A stretch of 63,752 bases of DNA, counting the filler. It is 5 parts of 5 records of this genome, joined end to end, with 100 filler letters (N's around TTAATTAATTAA, not from the genome) between each part and the next. Parts side by side here need not be neighbours in the genome. Positions count along the whole stretch, not along the records: positions 26,667 to 50,212 come from SRR31156797_1311; 4 more parts are not named here. One strand, given 5' to 3'. The position numbers were made by a program, and so were the translations under genes. Shown piece by piece: positions 29,602-37,438 of the stretch (positions are counted from its first letter, which is position 1; every line of letters starts with the position of its first letter). The notes under the pieces were generated by a model. It made no database searches. It was not told where the DNA came from and saw only the letters and a program-made list of their open reading frames with translations.

Positions 29602-31797
29602 ATGGAAATTGTAAAATCAAAAATTCTAAATGATGAAAAGGTTTTCATTTCAAATGCTGGAAAGATTATTAAACAAGGTAGAAGACCAATAAAACAGGGT
29701 GTTCGATTCAATAAGCTGGTTAATACTTCAGATGTTCGATTTACAAGTTCTTTGACATACGGGAATGTTGATGATACAGTCAAAATAATGACTGATATCA
29801 TTAAAAAATATCACTATCAAGTGAAAGATTTAGCTATGTATCTTAAGTGTGATACAAAGCTAAAAACCTGTAAAAATGTGTGGGAATTTGTTTTTAATCA
29901 CATTCAATACAAGCGGGATAAGCCAGGAATTGAACAACTCAGCACACCTGCCCGAATTTGGTTAAATCGATCTACTGAAGGTACGCCGAGTGATTGCGAC
30001 GATCATAGTATTTTCGTTGGCTCTCTCCTTTATTGCCTTGGTATTCCCTTCAAAATTCGTATCGCTGGATACGATGGGAATAATTTTTCACATGTCTACA
30101 TAATTGCCGAAGGCGATATATGTATAGATACAGTTTTATACGCCTTCAATACGGAGGCAAGTTATTCATCTAAAAAAGATAGTAAAATGATGCAAATTGA
30201 AACGCTTCAGGGCTTTAACGGTCTTGGAGAGTTAAGCACATTGGGTGAGCTTGGAAATTTAGGCGCGCTATCTGCATTAGCCAGTAGTGCTTTAAAGTAT
30301 GAGAATACGGCGAAGCAATTACTTCCTAGTGAAAGTTATCTGGATAACTTCCAAGAAGATGAAAGTATCAACGGTTTTGACGATGTAATGCAAAGTCAAA
30401 TCGAAGCCGCTAAGCTTTTAGGAAGAGAGCAGTTACAAATCACATATGCAGATTACCTTAAAGAGCCTGAACTGTACCACGCAAAAGGCTTTAGCCCTCA
30501 GTATTGGGAGCTAATGAAAAAAGCACTTGATTCTTTTGAGACCGAAAACTTAGACGGAATCGTCGTAAATCTAACAAATGGAGCTGATTGGGAGAAAAAA
30601 AACCTTTCACCTTTAAACGGAGTTGAAGACGAAGACGGACAAGTAACAGGCTTAATGGGATTTCTTGATGGTTGGTTTAAAAAGGTTAAGAAGTGGGGAA
30701 AAAAGACCATTAAAAAGGGCTTCAAATGGGCAAAAAAAGCCGTAAAGAATGCCACGAAATGGGTGGGCGGCTTTCTTAAAAAAGTCGGTCGTTTCTTAAT
30801 GAAAATTAACCCAATAATGATTGCTGTAAGAGCAATTTTAAGAGCTAAGATAAACGCTAATAAAGATGATTTGGCGTTAACTCTTGGTTTGGGTCTTTTG
30901 AATTCTCAACAAGCCGCAGCAATTGGTGCTTCTACTGATGAACATGCAAAAGCAAAAAGAGCCTTTGCGAAGTTCCTGAAGAAATACCGATTCTTAGGCG
31001 GTAAAACTTCCAAGTTGAAATCTGTAATTGCAAAAGCTTACAGGAAGCATGCTAAAGAAGCTAACCTTCCAAATGTAAGTTTGCAAGGTTACGAGGATTT
31101 ATCAGCATTGGAAGGTCGTCGAAGACGAAGAAGAAAGCGAAGACGAAAAGCGAGAAGAGCCAAAGAAAAAGCGGCAAACTTGGTAAAAGAGCGTAAGAAA
31201 TTTAACTCTGAGAAAACGAAGCTATTGAATAAGAAAATGTCAAAATTCAAGCGTGAGCAATTGGATTTTCTTAAGGTAGCTTTTAAGAGTGAAGCTAAAC
31301 GCCACGGACTAGCCGAACCTGTAACCGCTGGAAGTTCTGCCGCTGCCATTCCAATTTCTCAAAAAATTATCCAATGGTTTTTAAAGATGCTTGGAAAGCT
31401 TGGCTTGAAAAAAGTAATTACCAAGTTGAAGGAAAAGAGAATTAAAAACCTAGCTAAAAAAGCTGAAGAAGCTGCAAAAAATGGTGCTACCGATTTAGCC
31501 AATAAATACTTGGCTAAAAAGGAAAAAGCTGAAAACAACCTTGTCGTTTTCAATCAGGATAGCCCCAGACCAAGTTCAGGCGACCCAAGAAAAACCAATG
31601 ATATTACGGCGGATAGTTCGAGTAGTTCGAGCTCTCCTATTGTTGTGCCTGATTCTTCCAACCCAATTTTTGAAAGTAAAAGCAAACAGGCTGGAATGAA
31701 TCCCTGGTTAATTGGCGGCTTGGTGCTTATTGGGGGTGGTATGTTGTACGGTTCTAAAGACAACAAAAAGAAAAAAGAACCAAAAAGAAAAAAATAG
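29602..31797 (+). CDS. Transglutaminase-like cysteine protease domain fused to amphipathic, Arg-rich and C-terminal TM segments
   Basis: IQYKRD..EQLSTPAR, SDCDDH (Cys), FSHVY (His), CIDTV (Asp); RRRRRRKRRRKARR; WLIGGLVLIGGGMLY followed by a Lys-rich tail. Confidence 0.75.
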   Translation: MEIVKSKILNDEKVFISNAGKIIKQGRRPIKQGVRFNKLVNTSDVRFTSSLTYGNVDDTVKIMTDIIKKYHYQVKDLAMYLKCDTKLKTCKNVWEFVFNHIQYKRDKPGIEQLSTPARIWLNRSTEGTPSDCDDHSIFVGSLLYCLGIPFKIRIAGYDGNNFSHVYIIAEGDICIDTVLYAFNTEASYSSKKDSKMMQIETLQGFNGLGELSTLGELGNLGALSALASSALKYENTAKQLLPSESYLDNFQEDESINGFDDVMQSQIEAAKLLGREQLQITYADYLKEPELYHAKGFSPQYWELMKKALDSFETENLDGIVVNLTNGADWEKKNLSPLNGVEDEDGQVTGLMGFLDGWFKKVKKWGKKTIKKGFKWAKKAVKNATKWVGGFLKKVGRFLMKINPIMIAVRAILRAKINANKDDLALTLGLGLLNSQQAAAIGASTDEHAKAKRAFAKFLKKYRFLGGKTSKLKSVIAKAYRKHAKEANLPNVSLQGYEDLSALEGRRRRRRKRRRKARRAKEKAANLVKERKKFNSEKTKLLNKKMSKFKREQLDFLKVAFKSEAKRHGLAEPVTAGSSAAAIPISQKIIQWFLKMLGKLGLKKVITKLKEKRIKNLAKKAEEAAKNGATDLANKYLAKKEKAENNLVVFNQDSPRPSSGDPRKTNDITADSSSSSSSPIVVPDSSNPIFESKSKQAGMNPWLIGGLVLIGGGMLYGSKDNKKKKEPKRKK

Positions 31798-31824
31798 TAA
31801 TCACAATTAATATTCATTAAAAAA

Positions 31825-32319
31825 ATGAGTGGACAAATTAAAACTATTGCGGTAGAAGTTGGAAAAACCGCCGCTGGGTTTGTTGTAGGTCGTGCAGTTG
31901 TTGTGCAGGCTGAAAAAATGTTGAAAGTTCCTGAAGAGGCAGATCCAAAGAAAAAGAAGTTGAAAGAAATCGGTGTTGGTGCTGGCGTTGGTGCAGTTGG
32001 TGCGATTGCGGCGCTTAAAATGCCTAAAAATTACGCAAGCTTTGCGGGTGGAGTTGCTACCGCTGGTATAATTTCTGCAATCTCTCCTTTTGGAAAAGAA
32101 GACAAAGGTTTTATTCCTGTTTTACATGGTCCGGATGAAGAGTATCAAGTTATCGATTTGAATTCAGAAGTTAATTCTTTGGAATCTGCTGATGATTTAG
32201 AAGATTATCTAAACAAAGAAATTGACGATGAAATCGAAGATGATTTAGAGATTAGCGCTCTTGCATCTCCTGAAAGTGAAGGGGATATTATTGACGTTGA
32301 CTTCAGTGAAGTAAATTAA
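31825..32319 (+). CDS. Gly/Ala-rich membrane protein with acidic tail, putative virion membrane protein
   Basis: Three Gly/Ala-rich hydrophobic segments, then a D/E-rich C-terminus after VLHG. Confidence 0.6.
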   Translation: MSGQIKTIAVEVGKTAAGFVVGRAVVVQAEKMLKVPEEADPKKKKLKEIGVGAGVGAVGAIAALKMPKNYASFAGGVATAGIISAISPFGKEDKGFIPVLHGPDEEYQVIDLNSEVNSLESADDLEDYLNKEIDDEIEDDLEISALASPESEGDIIDVDFSEVN

Positions 32320-32329
32320 TCAAACGGGC

Positions 32330-32393
32330 TTTAAGCTTTCCCGACAACTAAAAGCTTAAAAACTAGGCTCAAGTACTGCAATACTTGAGCCTA
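32330..32393 (+). promoter_or_regulatory. Two tandem hairpins upstream of the putative capsid gene
   Basis: TTTAAGCTTT/AAAGCTTAAA (32330-32360) and TAGGCTCAAGTA/TACTTGAGCCTA (32364-32393); no T tail. Confidence 0.65.
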
Positions 32394-32439
32394 TAAGTAA
32401 TTAAATAGTTCTAGAAAACACATTAAATACATTGTAAAA

Positions 32440-33036
32440 ATGCAAAATTTATTAGAAACAATTCAAATCAAATCGGCGGTTCGAAACATTGCAAAGAACA
32501 AAGTAAACTTTGACACAAAAGCCGCACATATTGAAGAAACCGTACTATACGCAAGAAAAAGCGTTTCGGGTCTTACAGGTATTCAGCAATTGATGAAGCC
32601 AGCCGACAAGCAGAAAGACGGAGTTCGAAACATTGACAGCGCACGTTTGGCAGCTGGTGAAGCTTTCCTTGTTACGGGCATGGTTATCAGTTCTGCTACA
32701 GCCCGCGAAAAACTTGTTGAAGAATCTTCTTTCTCTTCACTTGATTTTACCCAAGGTTTAACTGAGGCGGTTGATACTAAGTTCTTCAATTCTGAATTGA
32801 CCATCAATATCGGAAACAAAGAAAAGTTCAAATCAATTTTACGCCATTCGATGCAAGCTAAAGCCACTGATGATACCTTTGTAAAATCAGCGCATCAAAT
32901 TACTCCTTTCCTAATTGAGCCGCAGCAATCAATCGATTTTTCATTAAACATTTTCGATCAACCTACCACCCCTGAACAGGAAGCGGTTGTTGAAATTGCT
33001 TTAGTTGGTTACAAGATTTCTGCAAATAACGCCTAA
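32440..33036 (+). CDS. Putative major capsid protein (jelly-roll candidate)
   Basis: Soluble 198 aa with alternating beta-strand pattern (AFLVTGMVIS, SELTINIG, IDFSLNI, VVEIALVGY), centre of the structural operon. Function is an inference. Confidence 0.45.
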   Translation: MQNLLETIQIKSAVRNIAKNKVNFDTKAAHIEETVLYARKSVSGLTGIQQLMKPADKQKDGVRNIDSARLAAGEAFLVTGMVISSATAREKLVEESSFSSLDFTQGLTEAVDTKFFNSELTINIGNKEKFKSILRHSMQAKATDDTFVKSAHQITPFLIEPQQSIDFSLNIFDQPTTPEQEAVVEIALVGYKISANNA

Positions 33037-33047
33037 TCAATTAAAAC

Positions 33048-33377
33048 ATGATTAGAAGATTTCAAAAATCTGTTATCCGCGAAACTTCAGAAAAAAGCAC
33101 CTCAATCAATGAGGTGCTAAATTTTGAAGATTTCTCAAATCTAAAGAGCGTTGCATGGGTTGGCGAAGGTGGTAACAGCTTCGATGTAGAAATACGAACT
33201 CACGACGGAAAAGATGTATTGATAGATAGCGTTCCCGCTGAATACTTAAAACTAGGAGGCAATAGAGAAGAAGTTTATATCAATGCAGTTCTAGCCAATA
33301 ACTCCATTCGTGTTGTCTCTACCTATGAGAGCAATGTAAAAATCAAGGGTTGTTTGGTGTTCACATGTGAAAAATAA
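33048..33377 (+). CDS. Small beta-rich hypothetical protein (putative minor capsid/vertex protein)
   Basis: 109 aa, beta-strand pattern, tightly coupled to the upstream gene. Confidence 0.55.
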   Translation: MIRRFQKSVIRETSEKSTSINEVLNFEDFSNLKSVAWVGEGGNSFDVEIRTHDGKDVLIDSVPAEYLKLGGNREEVYINAVLANNSIRVVSTYESNVKIKGCLVFTCEK

Positions 33378-33383
33378 AATGAA

Positions 33384-33704
33384 ATGAGACTTTTTGAAAG
33401 CATTCAAAGGGTTGTAGAGGTGGGAAAGGTTGTGAAAATAACAGTTCCCGCCTCTTTTTCTTTAATCATAGATAATAAAACGGAAGCTATTGCAACTCTG
33501 TTTAGTTCCCAAGGTTCAAAAATTGGCTTTCCATTGTCGCCTCAATCATCAATTGAGATAGAACGAATTCCTGAAGCCTCTGAATTTTGGCTGAAGATTG
33601 AAGAAACTGAAATCAAAGAAAACGAAGGTTTATATATCATTCCCAGACCGTTTTTAGAGATTAACACCCCTGAACAAAACAATACAGTAGTAATTAATAA
33701 ATAA
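33384..33704 (+). CDS. Small beta-rich hypothetical protein
   Basis: 106 aa, beta-strand pattern, same operon. Confidence 0.55.
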   Translation: MRLFESIQRVVEVGKVVKITVPASFSLIIDNKTEAIATLFSSQGSKIGFPLSPQSSIEIERIPEASEFWLKIEETEIKENEGLYIIPRPFLEINTPEQNNTVVINK

Positions 33705-33713
33705 GCTGAAGTT

Positions 33714-33878
33714 ATGGCAGATAAAAAAACATATACAAAGGAAGAAAAACAGGAGCTTTTAAGCTCTTTTGGTGAATTGCTAGATGATCAGAGTTTGAGA
33801 ATTATTGAAGCTCTTAAAAACAGCAATAAAGATTTGAATAGTCTTTTAAAAAAGGCTTGGAAATTTTTAAGACTCTAG
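33714..33878 (+). CDS. 54-aa helical protein (absent from the ORF track)
   Basis: MADKKTYTKEEKQELLSSFGELLDDQSLRIIEALKNSNKDLNSLLKKAWKFLRL; fills the gap between adjacent genes exactly. Confidence 0.65.
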   Translation: MADKKTYTKEEKQELLSSFGELLDDQSLRIIEALKNSNKDLNSLLKKAWKFLRL

Positions 33879-33881
33879 CCA

Positions 33882-34475
33882 ATGATTGGAGCAATAGACA
33901 AAAAAGTCCTGAATAAACATGTTGATAAAGGGAAAACAAAAGCTTTACAGGTAGCAAACAAAGCCAAAACAAAAGCTGTTGCAGCATACCATAACAGAGG
34001 CGATGATACAAAGCTGATTGAAACAGTTATAAAAATCGGTGTCTTAGGCTATGTTGGTTACAAAGTGGCAAACTCCATCGGTGGAGCTGCTGATCTGATA
34101 ACGGGGAAAAAGTTTGAAGATGAGAAAAAGGAAGTTGAAGACAAAATTAATGTTTTCGTAAATGATCAGCTCACAAAGACCACGGCACCGACAATATCAG
34201 TAATACAAGCAAAAAGTATTGCTAATGGGCTTTACAGAGCTTTTTTGAATTCTCAACCTGATTGGAGTAGAAACCTTTGGGATGAAGGAACGGACGAAAG
34301 AGCCGTTTACTCAAATCTTTCTCTTTTGAAAAATACCGCCGATTGGTTGCTGGTAGCAAAAGCTTACGGAGCACCCAGGGCAAGAACTCTAAACGCTGAA
34401 CTTCACTATGAATTGAATGATAGTGAAATGAAGAAAGTAAGAACAATTCTAAGTAAAATAAAAGTTAATATTTAA
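33882..34475 (+). CDS. Membrane-anchored hypothetical protein
   Basis: Hydrophobic VIKIGVLGYVGY segment; helical C-terminal domain with GTDE motif. Confidence 0.65.
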   Translation: MIGAIDKKVLNKHVDKGKTKALQVANKAKTKAVAAYHNRGDDTKLIETVIKIGVLGYVGYKVANSIGGAADLITGKKFEDEKKEVEDKINVFVNDQLTKTTAPTISVIQAKSIANGLYRAFLNSQPDWSRNLWDEGTDERAVYSNLSLLKNTADWLLVAKAYGAPRARTLNAELHYELNDSEMKKVRTILSKIKVNI

Positions 34476-34478
34476 GAT

Positions 34479-35069
34479 ATGGCAACATTTCAAATTGCAT
34501 ACAACATTACTAAAAAAATGGAAGGTGGATATGCCAACAATCCAAATGACAAAGGCGGGGAAACTTACCGCGGGATATCTCGAAAATTTCATTCTGATTG
34601 GGCAGGCTGGCAATGGTTAGACAAACAAATTCAACCTATCCAATACAACAAGATTTTCCCACGCCTTGAACCTGTAGTAATGGCTTTTTATAAAAAAGAG
34701 TTTTGGGATAGAATCAAGCTTAATTTCATGCCTCAATCTGTAGCAAATCAAATGTTTGATTGGGCTGTGCATTCTGGAAGAGGAACTGCTGCAAGAAATT
34801 TACAATCTGTTTTAAACAAATTAGGTGCAAAGCTTAAGATTGACGGAATTATCGGAAACAAAACACTTGCAGCAATCGAAACATTTTCAGATGCTAAAAT
34901 TGCTGAAGCGGTGCTGAATCAGCGCGCTGTTTATGTTGGTATCAAATCCAAAGAACAGCCTTATTGGGCTAATGTTTGGCAAAATAGAATTAAACATTTA
35001 CGCTCTGTTTTGCCTTCTGTAGTTGGCTTTGGTGGTTTTCTAGGTTTGGGCTTGGCGCTTTTTTTTTAA
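34479..35069 (+). CDS. GH108 lysozyme (endolysin) with peptidoglycan-binding domain and C-terminal TM anchor
   Basis: EGGYANNPNDKGGETYRGI catalytic motif; DGIIGNKTL; ends with VVGFGGFLGLGLALFF. Confidence 0.88.
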   Translation: MATFQIAYNITKKMEGGYANNPNDKGGETYRGISRKFHSDWAGWQWLDKQIQPIQYNKIFPRLEPVVMAFYKKEFWDRIKLNFMPQSVANQMFDWAVHSGRGTAARNLQSVLNKLGAKLKIDGIIGNKTLAAIETFSDAKIAEAVLNQRAVYVGIKSKEQPYWANVWQNRIKHLRSVLPSVVGFGGFLGLGLALFF

Positions 35070-35087
35070 CCTATAATTCCGAAAAAG

Positions 35088-35375
35088 ATGGCGACACCTG
35101 ATATTAAAGGCTTCTTTTCTCAGGAACACTCTGTTTTAGTTTTTCTTATTGCTCTTTCACTTTGGGCTAATTGGAACACCTACAACAAGGTAAATGAATT
35201 ATCAGGAGAAATGAAGCTTGTAATTTACAGATTAAACAATGATGGAAAAACAAAAAAGCAATTGGCTAAAGCAGACATTCACGGATGTTCGGGGAAATCC
35301 GAGCTTCAAGCGCCAAGCTCTTTGCTTGCTGTTATTCGCCGTAATCCTCTGTATTGCTTTGAAAGTACAGATTGA
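35088..35375 (+). CDS. Small membrane protein in the lysis cassette
   Basis: One TM segment (VLVFLIALSLWA) followed by a short coiled coil. Confidence 0.5.
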   Translation: MATPDIKGFFSQEHSVLVFLIALSLWANWNTYNKVNELSGEMKLVIYRLNNDGKTKKQLAKADIHGCSGKSELQAPSSLLAVIRRNPLYCFESTD

Positions 35376-35457
35376 ATACGTTCAACAGTTAGTCTATTTA
35401 TCGGGTGCTTTCGGGCTTTCCGTAGCATCCGAACAGTTTACAAATCTTAATACATAA
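35239..35457 (+). CDS. Holin-like 2-TM protein
   Basis: GNPSFKR followed by two hydrophobic segments; adjacent to the endolysin. Confidence 0.55.
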   Translation: MMEKQKSNWLKQTFTDVRGNPSFKRQALCLLLFAVILCIALKVQIEYVQQLVYLSGAFGLSVASEQFTNLNT

Positions 35458-35463
35458 AATCAC

Positions 35464-35721
35464 ATGAAAATATTCTCAATGCCTAAAACGATCATCGGAA
35501 AAGCTGCCTTAATTGCTTGTATTCTTTTAATCGGGTTTGTGGCCGGCTATAAAGCTGGTGTAAAAAATGCACCACCAGCACAACAAACCAATATTGAAAT
35601 CAAAGATATTAAAGCCAAAAAAGGCAGTACCATTGAAATTGATACCAAAACAAATCAAGATCAGGACAACAAAACTGACAAGTCAAAAAAGAAAGGATTC
35701 TTTCATAAAATATTTAATTAA
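35464..35721 (+). CDS. N-terminal TM protein with charged tail (spanin-like candidate)
   Basis: AALIACILLIGFVAGY followed by a Lys-rich soluble part. Confidence 0.55.
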   Translation: MKIFSMPKTIIGKAALIACILLIGFVAGYKAGVKNAPPAQQTNIEIKDIKAKKGSTIEIDTKTNQDQDNKTDKSKKKGFFHKIFN

Positions 35722-35722
35722 T

Positions 35723-37438
35723 ATGCTGGGATTATTCACAGAAGAAAAAACAAAGGCTAAGGCTAGGCAAAATAAAAAGCCTAGCCTTAGTGCTTTATTA
35801 AAGGGAATACTTTCCCTTGATGGATGGAGCGAAGACAAAGAAAAATTTAAAATTGAGCTGGTTAATGATATCAAGAATTTCTTATTTACCAAATGGGAAA
35901 AGCCTTGGAAACCTTCCCTGGTATTTGATGATTCCGGAAAACTGCTTTCCGGTTACAGGAATATAAATGGAAGAGTTTATAAAAACTTGGCTAATGTTCT
36001 AAGCCTGGAACGAAACAGTAACCGAAACCCTTTTTTTATTACACTAAGCAAACTTAAAGAGTTAGGCGGTAAAATTCTGGATAATGACAAGGTTGTATCG
36101 ATCGTTTCTTATATCCCAATGTGGAAAAATCGAGAAGATAAAACCCCACGTCAACCAGATTACGTACTGCCCAAATATCATCCAGCTATCAATCTTGAAT
36201 TTGTTGAAGGTGTTAAAAGTCCAAAAATTGAAATTGAAAATTTCCAAAATTTGGAACTGAACCAATATGTTCAAAATTTCATTCAGGAATTGAAAAAAAG
36301 GAAACGTATTCCTTCTTTGACTCATGATCAATCTGATAGTTGTCATTATAAATATGCACGAGGCACTTACAAGCCTGAATCAATTCACATGGTAAGAATC
36401 AATACATTTAAAAATATTGAATCCTACTATTCTACCCTTTTTCATGAAATTACTCATTCAACCAAGAACCCAGCTCGTTTAGGTCGTGGAAAATTGAGCA
36501 AAGCACAAACTCTTAGCTATGCAAATGAAGAGCTTGTTGCAGAATTAGGTGCAATGATTCTATGTGAAGAATTGGGATTAAAGTACAATCGCCAAAACTC
36601 ATTAACCTACTTGAAAGGATGGCTAGCACAAACTAAGAATATTGATGATGCACTATTAGAAGCATATAGTTATGCAGCCGATGCAGCTGAATACCTTTTA
36701 AAAGATATCAATTTTGAAAAATTGGTTCCTGAATCGATGCGTAAAAGAGCCCGGCAAGTAGAAGAAAAAAAGCCTGCAAAGAAAGTAAAGCAAAAACAAC
36801 ACAAGCAACTTACATTACTTGGGCACGATAAAGCAGTTACCAGCCTAACCAATTGGAAACCCAATTCTCATATCGTGAACTTAAAAGGTGAGCTGGGTAA
36901 ATTCATTGGTGGTTATGAAAGAGATCGTTTTGCCATTGTTCTACGAGGTGAAAAAGGAGCTGGTAAAACCCGATTACTATGCCAAATGATAAACCTGTTT
37001 GCTTTAGAAAAGTTGAACGGTTTGTTTTTGTCCCTCGAAGTTTCTCCAGAATCCGAACTGTTTGGTAATTACATTTCCTATATCAAGAAATCAGCTCGAA
37101 AACATGTTGCTGTTAGTGGTCAAAATAGTATTGAAGAGTTGGAAGAGTACTGCAAGAAATACGACTTTATCGCTGTTGACAGCTGGGGAAAACTTCAAAA
37201 TATTGCACAAGAAGATTTCGGGCGTTTGGTTGAAAAATACCCAAATGTTATTTGGCTCTGCATTTTCCAAAGTACAACGGCTGGAACCGCAAGAGGTGGA
37301 ATCATGAGCGAATATGATAGCTCTATGGTTATTCAGGTTGCTAAAGGTGGTAATGCCCAATGTGAGAAAAACAGATACAATTCATGTGATCTGACTTACA
37401 ATGTATTTAAACAAAACTTAATTGAACAAAAGCAATGA
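35723..37438 (+). CDS. ardC: ArdC-N ssDNA-binding + zincin metallopeptidase (MPTase) + RadA/Sms-like ATPase fusion
   Basis: WEKPW...GRVY..N (ArdC-N); YYSTLFHEITHST and YANEELVAELGA (MPTase); GEKGAGKT, IAVDS, KNRY (RecA-fold). ATG at 35723 lies just after the upstream stop. Confidence 0.8.
   Translation: MLGLFTEEKTKAKARQNKKPSLSALLKGILSLDGWSEDKEKFKIELVNDIKNFLFTKWEKPWKPSLVFDDSGKLLSGYRNINGRVYKNLANVLSLERNSNRNPFFITLSKLKELGGKILDNDKVVSIVSYIPMWKNREDKTPRQPDYVLPKYHPAINLEFVEGVKSPKIEIENFQNLELNQYVQNFIQELKKRKRIPSLTHDQSDSCHYKYARGTYKPESIHMVRINTFKNIESYYSTLFHEITHSTKNPARLGRGKLSKAQTLSYANEELVAELGAMILCEELGLKYNRQNSLTYLKGWLAQTKNIDDALLEAYSYAADAAEYLLKDINFEKLVPESMRKRARQVEEKKPAKKVKQKQHKQLTLLGHDKAVTSLTNWKPNSHIVNLKGELGKFIGGYERDRFAIVLRGEKGAGKTRLLCQMINLFALEKLNGLFLSLEVSPESELFGNYISYIKKSARKHVAVSGQNSIEELEEYCKKYDFIAVDSWGKLQNIAQEDFGRLVEKYPNVIWLCIFQSTTAGTARGGIMSEYDSSMVIQVAKGGNAQCEKNRYNSCDLTYNVFKQNLIEQKQ

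Noticed and set aside
35567-35722. N-terminal extension of the ArdC fusion given in the ORF track
   Set aside because: It overlaps the 85-aa gene completely; ATG 35723 right after that gene's stop is the more plausible start
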